A stretch of 24,000 bases of DNA, from sequence record MT713136.1; one strand, 5' to 3'. The translations under genes and the position numbers were made by a program. Origin of the DNA: Aeromonas phage AP1. Within the stretch, counting starts at the first letter, position 1. Each line of letters begins with the position of its first letter. Shown here piece by piece: positions 1-9,618 of this stretch. The notes under the pieces are model-generated. The model saw only the letters and a list, made by a program, of their open reading frames with translations. It did no database searches and was not told the DNA's origin.

Positions 1-168
1 ATACATGGTACTGTATCTGGTGGAACTGCTACTGCGGTTAAAATAGCAAGAAGCCTAAATATACCTACCCTAAACATTATGAACCCGGTTCAAAGATCAA
101 AACTTTGTAAGTGGTTAGGTATTGATGATATACCAGTATTAGAAAAGGTTGACATTTTCAATCTCTAA
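1..168 (+). CDS. C-terminal end of a truncated CDS; glycine-rich nucleotide-binding/Rossmann-like segment (...IHGTVSGGTATAVKIARSLNIPTLNIMNPVQRSKLCKWLGIDD...)
   Basis: Frame 1 is open from base 1 to the TAA at 166-168. The GGTATAVKIARSLNIPTLNI pattern resembles SLOG/Rossmann-type proteins. Confidence 0.5.
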   Translation: MHGTVSGGTATAVKIARSLNIPTLNIMNPVQRSKLCKWLGIDDIPVLEKVDIFNL

Positions 169-200
169 ATATTGTTGTGGAATAATAACAATAAACGAGG

Positions 201-551
201 TTGAAAATGAAAAGCTCACCACGTAAGATCGCCAGAACTGCGCATGATGCGATTCGACGGTTTAATTTAATACTAGGCGACACCGATACATTGTGGAAAG
301 AAGAACCAGAAAAAGTTAAACGGGTTTGGACTAAACATGTAACATATATAATCGACCACCCTGATTCTGACGCTCGAACTGTTCATGAGCTTTGGAGAAA
401 TTATAAAGAGGGAGAAGGTTGGATATTTGGTGAAGATAAATCTAGAGACGAGAAAACCCACCCATGTTTGACATCTTACGATGAACTACATGAAATAGAA
501 AAGATGAAATATTATATTTTCATCGAAACTGTTCTTGAGCAATCAAAATAA
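201..551 (+). CDS. Small RyR-domain-like protein
   Basis: 116 aa ORF. C-terminal part 'THPCLTSYDELHEIEKMKYYIFIETV' resembles the RyR domain signature (hPcl..y..L...eK.yd....). Confidence 0.6.
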   Translation: MKMKSSPRKIARTAHDAIRRFNLILGDTDTLWKEEPEKVKRVWTKHVTYIIDHPDSDARTVHELWRNYKEGEGWIFGEDKSRDEKTHPCLTSYDELHEIEKMKYYIFIETVLEQSK

Positions 552-587
552 AAAAGCCCCGACCTAAAAAGGTTGGGGCTTTCTTTT
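551..587 (+). terminator. Rho-independent terminator after the RyR-like gene
   Basis: AAAAGCCCCGACC-taaaaa-GGTTGGGGCTTTCTTTT hairpin plus T tract. Confidence 0.85.
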
Positions 588-629
588 ATCCAGAATAAAG
601 CTTCTACGTCTTTTTATCTGGAAAATTAA

Positions 630-1859
630 TTATGCGTAATCTTTCATTTCGACCATGCACATACGAGCCAATTGAGACTTGTTGGCGGCACCTACCCAAT
701 CTTCCCCATCATATACCTTAGCCGGGTTGGATTCAATTTTTCTGAAATCTGGGCTAGTAGATAGAGCGTATCTTGAGATAATACCAACTACAGGTTGTAG
801 TGCGTCCGGATCGGCAGCAACCATAAAAGTTCCTGCTTCATCTTCTTCTATATACGGACTGTAATAAACTGCACTTACTGTATCAACACTATCATCAAAT
901 TTAGCTTTAACACCAACCAGCATATAATGGACTGGTGTTTTTGTATCAACAATCAATTTCATTTTAGTACCGATAATTCGGTGTTGGTCGTCAACTAGTC
1001 CAGACGTTTGAATAAGTGCAGCTACATGAGCAGAAGCAAGAATATAAGTTGGTTTAAACGTGGTATCTAAAGTAATTTGAGCCGCCATACGACACGCCCG
1101 AGCAACAAGATCACGACCAGCAAAATATTCGGTGGTTGCTACATTGTACGGGGTTGCTTTAACTTCTTTAGATGCAACGGTTACCAGCTTCATGATAATA
1201 TCGCTGTTAATTTCTTCTGCGATGGCAACAGACAATAGATCTTCTACTGCGGCATCACCATCCATATTCATACCACCCATATCTTGAAGAAGTTCTAGGG
1301 TGATGTTAGATTTTAGTTTGCGACTACGAACAACGGATTTCCATTTGTTCATTACATATCTGGTTTTTTGGATTTCTTTATCTTCTTGTGTGTTCGGTAC
1401 AATTGCGTCAACAACAAGACGAAGGTTACCAGTAAAGACATTCTCAAAAAGAGAATTCAAATCACCGGAGTAATCACCATCATTGATAACTTGGAACACA
1501 TAACCTTCACTGGCAAAATATGTTTTTGATACCATACCAGCACTACCAGCGGGTAATGCAGCAACGGCGGCCATATCAAATTCACCACCATAATTACGGT
1601 TGTCAAGGTTAATATCCCGATGACTTTGATTGTCTTCGCTAATATACTCGTAACGTACACCAAATACGTTTGCTACTGGGTCTGTAGTTGGTTGAACACC
1701 AGCAAGCTCATCATAAATTTTATTAAATGTTTTGCGAGTTAGTGAAACTAAAGAAGGGCGACCCGTTACGATATCACCACTACTAGATTCAACCAACCGC
1801 CCGGACATACCAGACTCTTTAATTAGGTCTTGTATTTTTTTGGAGACTACTTTAGCCAT
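630..1859 (-). CDS. 24: Capsid vertex protein, T4 gp24-like
   Basis: 409 aa ORF on the same strand as the adjacent gp23-like gene; gp23/gp24-family features (MAKVVSKKIQDLIKESG..., VYYSPYIEEDE..., RYALSTSP). Confidence 0.7.
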   Translation of the reverse strand: MAKVVSKKIQDLIKESGMSGRLVESSSGDIVTGRPSLVSLTRKTFNKIYDELAGVQPTTDPVANVFGVRYEYISEDNQSHRDINLDNRNYGGEFDMAAVAALPAGSAGMVSKTYFASEGYVFQVINDGDYSGDLNSLFENVFTGNLRLVVDAIVPNTQEDKEIQKTRYVMNKWKSVVRSRKLKSNITLELLQDMGGMNMDGDAAVEDLLSVAIAEEINSDIIMKLVTVASKEVKATPYNVATTEYFAGRDLVARACRMAAQITLDTTFKPTYILASAHVAALIQTSGLVDDQHRIIGTKMKLIVDTKTPVHYMLVGVKAKFDDSVDTVSAVYYSPYIEEDEAGTFMVAADPDALQPVVGIISRYALSTSPDFRKIESNPAKVYDGEDWVGAANKSQLARMCMVEMKDYA

Positions 1860-1884
1860 TTTTAAGATTCCTCTTTTTCTTTTA

Positions 1885-1891
1885 TTTAGGG
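1885..1891 (-). promoter_or_regulatory. Late-promoter-like motif (CTAAATA) upstream of the gp24-like gene
   Basis: Minus strand reads CCCTAAATAAAAG...AGAGGAATCTTAAAAATG. The same motif occurs before genes 4 and 48. Confidence 0.55.
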
Positions 1892-1954
1892 CTCATTCAT
1901 TGGTTGACTGTATGAACTCTATCTAGTATTATTTAGACCAGTAAGAAAAACGAA

Positions 1955-1976
1955 AAGGGAACCCGAAGGTTCCCTT
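1955..1976. terminator. Bidirectional terminator between the gp23-like and gp24-like genes
   Basis: AAGGGAACC-CGAA-GGTTCCCTT hairpin with A and T tracts on the two sides. Confidence 0.85.
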
Positions 1977-1992
1977 ATTTTTGGATTTGCTA

Positions 1993-3675
1993 TTAGGCAC
2001 CCAGAACACGTACACGACGGTAGAAGGAGTTCTTACCGAAGATTGCAGCACCCGGCATACCGGAAGTGATCTTGGAGAAGCCTTTGTTCTTGGAACCGTC
2101 AGCGAACGGGTGCAGTTTAACACCGTAACGGGTCTTGAAGCCAAGAATGGTAGCGAAGGACTTAGGATCCACACCACGCAGCGGGCTCAACGGGATGTAT
2201 GGGCAGTAGTACAGACCCGCATCCAGTTCGGAGCTACCCTTGAAGCCTACAGTGAAGTAATCTTCAACAGCGTACTGGTCGATGAAGACACGATACTTAC
2301 CAGCCAGAACACCAGCGAACTGAGATACGGAGGTATCAGTGTTCAGCTTGGTAGTACCAGCAGCAGCCGGAGAAACCAGTTGGTCGGTGGAACCGAGCAT
2401 TACGGCAACGTTACGGGAACAGATTACGAAGTTACCGTTACCACGACCGGTTTGACGACCGATTTCAGCAGCTTCCTTATCGATTTGGGTAACCAGAGCC
2501 TTGGCGCTCTCACCTTGCCAACGAGCACCACGAACGTCGTTCGGGTCGGCAAAGTTGAAGACACCAGCTTGACCACCATGTTGGTTAGTCCAACCGGTCT
2601 TACCAATTTGAGCGGTAGCGTTGATCCACAGGATCATTTCACGGTTGATTTCCAGCATGATTTCGTTAGCCAGAATGCTGGACAGTTCGCTGTCTGCATC
2701 CAGACCGTGAACGTTACGCAGGTCCTGAGCCAGTTCGATAGAGTACTGAGCTTTCAGTTGACGAGCCTTAGCTTCAACTACTTGCTTATCAATACGGAAA
2801 CTCATTTCAGGCCACGGGTTATTGCTGGAACCATTAAAGTTCTCTTGCAGTTCCGCCATGGAGGTAGCCATACCTTCACCGATTTCAACCGCGATCTTGT
2901 CGTGGATCAGTTTCAGGTAACCAGCGGTTTTAGCGTCAGCAGCAGTACCAGCAGTATAAGCGGTAACGAACTGAACAACCTTAGTACCGGAGTTGGAATA
3001 AGCGTCTACTTCTTCATCCAGTTGGAAGCGAGCCAGATCACCGATTGCATAGGTTCCGTCTTTATCAAAAGCAGGAATCAGCGGGGCAGTGGCACCACGA
3101 CCAGAGAAGCTGGAATCAGGTGCATATTGCGGGTGGAAAGCTTCGCGAGCTTGAGCATCCAGCGCATCAGTACCATAGATGGCACGAAGGGTGAATACCT
3201 GACCAGCGGAAGAGGTCATCGGCTGAACACCACAGATATCAAAGGCAATCAGGTTGCTGATAGCACGACGAGCCAGACCCATAACAGCCGGACCGACGTT
3301 GGTGATGTTACCGGAAGCTTCACCAGAGGCGATCTTAACAGCATCATAACCGTGGTCACCGACGATGTTAGCTTCGGTTAGCATGGTTTCCATCTCTTCA
3401 CCGGTCAGTTCGCGACCTTCTGCCAGAGCAGCGGCTTGAGCTTCGTTCAGCATCTTTTTGGCTTCTGCCAGTTGAGCTTTACGACCTTGAACGTCAACCA
3501 TGGAGTCGATTACGGTTTGGTCGGTATATGCAGCACCGTCGTTACTCTTGATGTCTTCATATTGGTTTTCCATCAGACGAGCGACGATATCCTTGCGCTT
3601 CATGGTAGCAATTTCCGGCATACCTTCTTTTTCAAGCAGCGGTTTCCACTTAGCGATAATAGCGGTCTTAGACAT
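1993..3675 (-). CDS. 23: Major capsid protein, T4 gp23-like
   Basis: 560 aa ORF with gp23-type segments: NLIAFDICGVQPMTSSAGQVFTLRA, IWINATAQIG, FVICSRNVAVMLGS, GLYYCPYIPLSPLRGVDPKSFATILGFKTRYGVKLHPF. Confidence 0.92.
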   Translation of the reverse strand: MSKTAIIAKWKPLLEKEGMPEIATMKRKDIVARLMENQYEDIKSNDGAAYTDQTVIDSMVDVQGRKAQLAEAKKMLNEAQAAALAEGRELTGEEMETMLTEANIVGDHGYDAVKIASGEASGNITNVGPAVMGLARRAISNLIAFDICGVQPMTSSAGQVFTLRAIYGTDALDAQAREAFHPQYAPDSSFSGRGATAPLIPAFDKDGTYAIGDLARFQLDEEVDAYSNSGTKVVQFVTAYTAGTAADAKTAGYLKLIHDKIAVEIGEGMATSMAELQENFNGSSNNPWPEMSFRIDKQVVEAKARQLKAQYSIELAQDLRNVHGLDADSELSSILANEIMLEINREMILWINATAQIGKTGWTNQHGGQAGVFNFADPNDVRGARWQGESAKALVTQIDKEAAEIGRQTGRGNGNFVICSRNVAVMLGSTDQLVSPAAAGTTKLNTDTSVSQFAGVLAGKYRVFIDQYAVEDYFTVGFKGSSELDAGLYYCPYIPLSPLRGVDPKSFATILGFKTRYGVKLHPFADGSKNKGFSKITSGMPGAAIFGKNSFYRRVRVLGA

Positions 3676-3766
3676 TTTTGTTTTCCTTTTTGGATTTGAA
3701 ATTTAATTTTCGGGGAGAAGAACCATTTCTTCTTTCCCACTACTTTACAAGGTCCCAACTCATCTT

Positions 3767-3774
3767 CATTTATA
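3767..3774 (-). promoter_or_regulatory. Late-promoter-like TATAAATG upstream of the major capsid gene
   Basis: Minus strand GGTATATAAATGAAG, close to the T4 late consensus TATAAATA. Confidence 0.5.
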
Positions 3775-3840
3775 TACCTGATCATTTCAGCTTTTTGTTC
3801 TTCCGACGCAAACCACACTTTATATTTAAACATATACACC

Positions 3841-4134
3841 TCAAAATTCTAAAAATCGATCAACCAATTTACCATTTTCATCACGAATACCACCCAACCC
3901 TTTATTGATCAGATGGATATCACCAGTATACTTAACAACTCTGTCATAGTCTCGGTTATGACGGTTGTTCAACCACATTTCATAGTACCCCTGTTCATGC
4001 TTATGAACATAGTAGAACCAACATTTCTTCTCACCTAGCTTAAACACACGACCCAATAACAGGGTAGAACCGTTGTCCATACCGTGGACGATATAATCAC
4101 CGACCACAAGCTCATTACCAAACATATCAACCAT
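3841..4134 (-). CDS. Hypothetical protein
   Basis: 97 aa ORF (MVDMFGNELVVGDYIVHG...), downstream of the exonuclease-like gene in the same direction. Confidence 0.65.
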   Translation of the reverse strand: MVDMFGNELVVGDYIVHGMDNGSTLLLGRVFKLGEKKCWFYYVHKHEQGYYEMWLNNRHNRDYDRVVKYTGDIHLINKGLGGIRDENGKLVDRFLEF

Positions 4135-4152
4135 TTTATTTCCTCATAACGA

Positions 4153-4178
4153 AAAAGGGAACCCCGAAGGATTCCCTA
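4153..4178 (-). terminator. Terminator hairpin with tetraloop after the exonuclease-like gene
   Basis: GGGAATCC-TTCG-GGGTTCCCTTTTTC on the minus strand. Confidence 0.75.
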
Positions 4179-4188
4179 TAGTTTACTA

Positions 4189-5142
4189 TTATTCACGAGC
4201 ATTAGTCAACAGAAGTTTTGACTTAATCTTAGTGATTTGGTTCTTGCGACCACGCCAGTGTTTACCACAGTGGGTACACTTATACTGCTTGAACTTACTG
4301 ACTTCTGTATACGCAAATCCAGCATCTTCAAACTCATGATTTCCACATACGCAAGTGAATTTGTCTGAATCTGTATAAAGAGAGAAGTTCGGAAGACGAT
4401 CCGACCATGGAGCCAATTTAACATATAGTTCTTGGAGAGATACGATATCATCAATATTATATTCTTCCATCTCTTTCCAAGCTTCGATATTACCAGCCAA
4501 GCATTCTTTCCACAATTCAAAACCGGGGAATTGAGTATGTTTAGATTTCTTGGTTTCTGTGCATAGCTTATCGGTCATATATTCCAGCTTGTTGGAAGTA
4601 AAACCAAACGTGCGTTTTGCGATCTCAAGAGTATCAATATGCTTCACGGTAGAGAACGGTTTCATACCATGAACGATCATACGACTGCGAATTTTTGGAA
4701 TATCAAACCGACGACCATTCTGATGAAGAACGATATCAGCTTCGTCAAGAAGCTCCCATAGAACTTTCAGCATTTCTGAATCATCTTCGATATTTGGTGC
4801 ATTTCGCTGGTCCATATAAATGATTTCATCACTGTCAAACCATTTAGCAGCAAAACTAAGCATATACCAATCGGACTCGATCATATTCAGACCAACGTTG
4901 GTCTTAAACAAGCGCCATACATGAGCCATAATCGGAGCGGTTTCAATATCCAGAACTAGAACACGGGGACCGGTTTTGATATCGTCCACAATATTGTTCT
5001 CTTCCATGAAACGCTCGTAATAATAGTTTACGGAAGATTTAGAAATACCAAGTTCTTTCGCAATTGCTCGCGAACCCATACCCTTGTTCTCTTTCATCTC
5101 AACAATCTGTGAGATTACGGTTTCGTAATTACTGATAGCCAT
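4189..5142 (-). CDS. HTH + DEDD-family 3'-5' exonuclease-like domain + C-terminal zinc ribbon
   Basis: N-terminal HTH (GMGSRAIAKELGISKSSVNYYYERF); Exo-like motifs LVLDIETAP, DIVLHQNGRRFDIPKI, YNIDDIVSLQELY; zinc-ribbon cysteines CVCG...CTHCGKHWRG. Confidence 0.8.
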   Translation of the reverse strand: MAISNYETVISQIVEMKENKGMGSRAIAKELGISKSSVNYYYERFMEENNIVDDIKTGPRVLVLDIETAPIMAHVWRLFKTNVGLNMIESDWYMLSFAAKWFDSDEIIYMDQRNAPNIEDDSEMLKVLWELLDEADIVLHQNGRRFDIPKIRSRMIVHGMKPFSTVKHIDTLEIAKRTFGFTSNKLEYMTDKLCTETKKSKHTQFPGFELWKECLAGNIEAWKEMEEYNIDDIVSLQELYVKLAPWSDRLPNFSLYTDSDKFTCVCGNHEFEDAGFAYTEVSKFKQYKCTHCGKHWRGRKNQITKIKSKLLLTNARE

Positions 5143-5225
5143 TATTTAAAGTACCTTATGTGTTTTGTTATAAACATTATATATCACAATGTACTCATGT
5201 TTTGATTTTTATTTTCTCATATGTT

Positions 5226-5245
5226 AAAAGGGGATTTCTCCCCTT
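5226..5245 (-). terminator. Terminator hairpin downstream of rIIB-like gene
   Basis: AAAAGGGG-ATTTCT-CCCCTTATTT region between convergentless minus-strand genes. Confidence 0.65.
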
Positions 5246-5247
5246 AT

Positions 5248-6441
5248 TTAGAACTCGTGAGTTACGTCTGAGATTACTTCATAAGTCCAAGTACGAAGTT
5301 TCGCATTGTCGTAATCAGTTGGGATAGCAACGACGTGGGCTGGGTTGATCTTAACCATCACAACCCGGTCATTCTCACAAGATGAATAGTATGGGATGTA
5401 GTGACGAGCAGCAGCATGAAGACCCGCAGCACAAGTATTGTTTCGGTCGTCATCTACCTCAAATGGCTCGACTCGTGGCTTAGAACCAATACTATTATCA
5501 AACGTGTGGGTGCGGATATCCTTATAATCCTCGGTAACGCGCTTGTACGCTAGGAAATGACCATCGTTGGTGATTTTGATGTCACTATGAGTCAGGAAGT
5601 CAAAAAGCTCGTATACAGCCGCACGGCGCGGATTCTGTAACAGGTTTTTCAGGAAGGTAACCATATACTCAAACTCTTCCCCGGACGCCCACATATCAAT
5701 GATTCTTCGGGTCATCGATGTATCAAGAACAATATCACGATAGTAGAGTGTGTCGCCTTCAATCCGAATATCACCAGAAGAATAGGTTTTGATTGCTTCT
5801 TTGATAGAAATCAGGTTTACCGCACCGACCACATCATTGTCGCGGATCAGGAGTTGAAACGCATCTTCAAACCGTGGGTGGGCTCGGTCTGCAACGTATG
5901 GGGTTCCATCAATGAAGCAGTTAATAAAGTCATAACTTGCATTCCAAGATACCACGGGGGTATGAACCGGTTCGATTATTTCCTTCAAATGGATTGTTTT
6001 ATCCGACTTCTTCTGAATTCCCTTATAGCGACGAACTACATCACCTACTGTTGAACGAGGGATACCAGTTTGACGGGAAATTTCGTTTTGGCTGATTCCG
6101 CGATTATGAAGTCGGATAATTTTATCATCACGACTTTCTTCGACTTTATTTTCAGAATAATCATGTACATCAAATTGCAAATCGATTTTATTAGTCCCAA
6201 CCATCAATTTAATCAATTCTTTAATTGTAAGGGCTTCCCATCCTTCAAGTACATCGAGATCGCCAAGATCTATATCAAGTTCTTCCTCGATATACATAAC
6301 AAGTTCTACAACATCGAGATCGTCTAGGTTGTAATATGCAAAAGTTCTGTTGTTGTCAAGTTCTTTTACTTTATAACCGGTTACATCGTAAATACCGCTA
6401 CGAATCAATGCTTCAAGTTTTTCAATATGGATAGTTTCCAT
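5248..6441 (-). CDS. rIIB: rIIB-like protein with N-terminal ACP-like helical segment and internal HTH
   Basis: C-terminal rIIB-like block (ITNDGHFLAYKRVTEDYKDIRTHTFDNSIG...CAAGLHAAARHYIPYY...VVMVKINPAHVVAIPTDYDNAKLRTWTYEV); HTH GISQNEISRQTGIPRSTVGDVVRRY; N-terminal LDDLDVVELVMYIEEELDIDLGDLD. Confidence 0.8.
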   Translation of the reverse strand: METIHIEKLEALIRSGIYDVTGYKVKELDNNRTFAYYNLDDLDVVELVMYIEEELDIDLGDLDVLEGWEALTIKELIKLMVGTNKIDLQFDVHDYSENKVEESRDDKIIRLHNRGISQNEISRQTGIPRSTVGDVVRRYKGIQKKSDKTIHLKEIIEPVHTPVVSWNASYDFINCFIDGTPYVADRAHPRFEDAFQLLIRDNDVVGAVNLISIKEAIKTYSSGDIRIEGDTLYYRDIVLDTSMTRRIIDMWASGEEFEYMVTFLKNLLQNPRRAAVYELFDFLTHSDIKITNDGHFLAYKRVTEDYKDIRTHTFDNSIGSKPRVEPFEVDDDRNNTCAAGLHAAARHYIPYYSSCENDRVVMVKINPAHVVAIPTDYDNAKLRTWTYEVISDVTHEF

Positions 6442-6457
6442 TTTATTTCCTCATTAA

Positions 6458-6477
6458 AAAGGGGCTTACACCCCTTT
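6458..6477 (-). terminator. Hairpin terminator at the end of the rIIA-like fragment
   Basis: AAAGGGG-cttaca-CCCCTTT with a T tract on the minus strand. Confidence 0.65.
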
Positions 6478-7921
6478 GTAGTTTTCCATAATAAGTTTAG
6501 TTGCAAGTTCGAACTCTTCGTTTTTTACACAACTATAATTTTTCTTCAACCTAAGAATCGCACATTCCATGGGGAATTGCTTTTTCATTTCGTCATAAAA
6601 ATTATGATATACATCATACATACTCTGACGATGGTTTTCAACAACATCGGTATAAACTTGATATTCATGTTCAGTCAAATATTCTTGAGCATGAACATAA
6701 ATATTACCAAGATCATGATCCCAATCACCGGATTCCGAGATACCAAAATAGTCCTTCATTTCCCGAGTAATTTCCATATCGACCCTTGGCTTATCAGACC
6801 TATTGATATTCCAACCAATTTTATTACCCTTTAAATTGTTATTGAGATATTCAACAAGTTTACCTTTGATCATTTCCTTTGTAATGAGAGTCAAATTCTC
6901 ATTCATGTTAGCCCGTCGTTCAAGGGTTTTCGGAAATGCATACAACGTTGTATCAAACATCTCAGATAACCAACTTTGAAGTCCATCTGTAACTTCATGA
7001 CCATCAACAACAATATATTCGCCAGAACGAAGACCATACAGCCCACTAAGCTCGTGTACATCCTTGGCAAGGAAATTGCCAGTACTGCGATACCCTTTAT
7101 TATAATAATGCGAGTTGTCTGGTTTGTAACGTGGAGTTTTAGCCCTATTCCGCTGTGCTTCTAAACGACGTTGGCGCTTCTCTTCTGCTTCTTTCTCTTC
7201 AATTTCTTGAACGTGCTTATCATACAACTTCTCTACATGAAAAACATCGATATCGTCTTTGTGGTAACGCTTTGCAATCTGGATAAAGAGATTTCGAGTT
7301 ACATTCTTGAAAGGTTTGCGAGAATAAGGGTAATCGCTCATAACAACAACCCGTTCATTAGGAATGATACCATACTTCATAAGAAGCTTGATCCTTACCT
7401 TCCACTTACCATCCATATTAGACAGAAGGATTGGGAATGGATATCGCTTATTCTTTACTGACGGCATGAAATAGTCATTAAACTCGATTTTACGAGACGA
7501 CCCGTAATATCTTGCACGTTCAAGATTCCAAACATTTCGCACCGCATTACTAAATGTATCGATATAAACGAAATTTTTGTTTTTATAACTGTAATCCACA
7601 CAGAAATCTTTAAACAAAGACCATTCTTTCGAAGATGTAATACTTTCGTAGAAGAAGCGCCAATCTTGAAGAGACTTGCCGTTATGGTCAATAATCTTTG
7701 ATACTTTGTTAAAGATATGCTCACCAAAATCCATAGACAAAATAGCATGAATTTTACTTCGAGCATCCTTTCCATGTTCAGAAACCTTTTTATTGACTTC
7801 ATCAATAACTTGGTCCGATTGGGATTTAAAATAAGAATTCAGTGTATTCAGTGTGTGTTTATCAAGACTCAATTCTTCCCGGTTCGGGAGAGGATTGAGA
7901 GACCCAACAGGATATTTTGAG
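6466..7921 (-). CDS. rIIA: rIIA-like protein, 3' fragment (5' part missing at this locus)
   Basis: Directly upstream of rIIB on the same strand. The track ORF starts at TTG 7872, but the frame stays open above it and reads SKYPVGSLNPLPNREELSLDKHT. That aligns with T4 rIIA ...[23 protein letters not shown]... (recalled). No GHKL ATPase N-terminus is present. Confidence 0.7.
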
Positions 7922-8393
7922 CAAATTCATTGTAAGAAAATATATCGTATCTGGTTCTCCCAGACCAGAAGTTGTTTCCTATGATTTATATGGGGATACG
8001 AAATATTATTGGATCCTACTATTTCTTAACCAAGTATACGATCCTTTTTATGATTGGATATGTGAGGAAGAAATAGTTCATCAATATACAGCACAAAAAT
8101 ATAAAAACCTTCCAGCAAAAGAGGGAACTGTTTTATATCATATTGATGAAAATGGCGAGATGTATTTTCGTATGAAAGAATATCCGGTTGGTTCTGGTGT
8201 TTGGTATGATGAAGGGGATACCGCCCATCTATATAAACAGTATGTCGGGACTTTAGTCCCTGTTACTGCAATAGAACATGAATTAGCAACCAACGAATCC
8301 AAGAGAACCATAAACGTTTTAAATCCGTCAGATTTGGGTAGGTTTATGGATGAATACACAAGATTAATGGAGCGTATCCGTGGGAATAAGTAG
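7922..8393 (+). CDS. 53: Baseplate wedge gp53-like, 3' fragment (lacks its N-terminus)
   Basis: ...KFIVRKYIVSGSPRPEVVSYDLYGDTKYYWILLFLNQVYDPFYDWICEEE...TVLYHIDENGEMYF... aligns with T4 gp53 from about residue 45 onward. The only available start is a TTG at 7917. Confidence 0.85.
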
Positions 8394-9618
8394 ACGCAGT
8401 ACGGCGGCGTATGAAAACTTTACCATTGAGCGTATTGTTTTCTTTCAAAGCTTGGATAGTGAAGGGTTTGATATAACTGATATATTCAAATCCTTCTCCA
8501 TATATGAAGGGATTAGTCAAGGGTTGCTGAAAGGCACCCTTGAATTTGTTGATTTCATGAATTTAATAAACTCAATTAATCCAAGAGGTGATGAGAAGGT
8601 ACAAATAAGTTTTAGATCCGTACATTTAAACGGGGTGGATGCAAAAACGTATTCTAAAATATTCAAAGTTACTCGTTACGAAGATATTACAAACCCAAAT
8701 ACACAAACTCAAAAGTTTGTAAGACTTCATCTTGTATCCGAACAAGATCACAAGAATGAATATAGTCGGATCAGTAAAAGTTATAAAGGGACATCCATTC
8801 ATGCAATCGTTTCTGATATGCTCAGGGTGATTGGGTTCACTGACGAAACCATATTTGTCGAACCAACGCTTTATAACCGGGATATTGTAATCCCAAATTT
8901 AACACCGATATCAGTTATTAATTTCTTAGCTTCTTCTGCACAATCATCAGATGTTAATTCAAAGGGTGATAGTAATTTCTACTTTTATGAGGATGTAGAT
9001 GGAGCCAAATTCAGAACTGGTACATCCATGATGGTTGGAGATCCGGTTGTTGATCTGATATTTGAAGCAACTCACGACACTACAATGTATAACAAGATAA
9101 TCAAGATGCAGCGTGTTAAGGGATACAACATACCAGAACAATATAGGAATGGTGGTCTAGGCGTTAACGTTCATTCGATGTCTTTGGATAAAAAGCTTTA
9201 TACAAATAATTATCAGGATTATACGTCTGTAAAAGATGTATATCCAACATTAAACCCAGAACCGTGGTTTGGTGGTGATATAAAACCAGAAAGAAATGCA
9301 TGTGTTTATTTCACAACAGAAGATCAAATGTATAAGTATATCAATATGGGTTCTAATGGTAACTCTCTTGGTATAAGAGCAACAAACCGAACCTCACTAA
9401 ACGCTAAAAGAATGCTTATTCAAGTTGCCGGTAATTCGGACCTGAGTTGTGGTCAAGTGGTAAATATTATTGCTGGTGATATGAATGGTGAAATGACATC
9501 AAAAGATGCAGGGCGCTGGCTTATCAACTCAATAAATCATGTATGTACACAGGGCTCTTATATCATGAACTTAGAATTGATATCTGATTCCGATACTAGA
9601 GGGAAGGATATACAATGA
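8380..9618 (+). CDS. 27: Baseplate hub subunit, T4 gp27-like
   Basis: 412 aa ORF between gp53-like and gp5-like genes; hub-like features (FNLINSINPRGDE-type, late GQVVNIIAGDMNGEMTSKDAGRWLINSINH). Confidence 0.75.
   Translation: MGISRRSTAAYENFTIERIVFFQSLDSEGFDITDIFKSFSIYEGISQGLLKGTLEFVDFMNLINSINPRGDEKVQISFRSVHLNGVDAKTYSKIFKVTRYEDITNPNTQTQKFVRLHLVSEQDHKNEYSRISKSYKGTSIHAIVSDMLRVIGFTDETIFVEPTLYNRDIVIPNLTPISVINFLASSAQSSDVNSKGDSNFYFYEDVDGAKFRTGTSMMVGDPVVDLIFEATHDTTMYNKIIKMQRVKGYNIPEQYRNGGLGVNVHSMSLDKKLYTNNYQDYTSVKDVYPTLNPEPWFGGDIKPERNACVYFTTEDQMYKYINMGSNGNSLGIRATNRTSLNAKRMLIQVAGNSDLSCGQVVNIIAGDMNGEMTSKDAGRWLINSINHVCTQGSYIMNLELISDSDTRGKDIQ

Noticed and set aside
1981-3381. Long plus-strand ORF (466 aa) opposite the capsid gene
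   Set aside because: It is the antisense shadow of the well-supported gp23-like gene; low-complexity S/T/V-rich translation with no recognisable family.
7869-7900. Strong inverted repeat CTCAATTCTTCCCG-GTT-CGGGAGAGGATTGAG beside the left junction, first read as an intron 3' hairpin, terminator or att site
   Set aside because: The same DNA reads as conserved rIIA-like coding sequence (SLNPLPNREELSLD) on the minus strand, there is no T tract, and the right junction has no copy.
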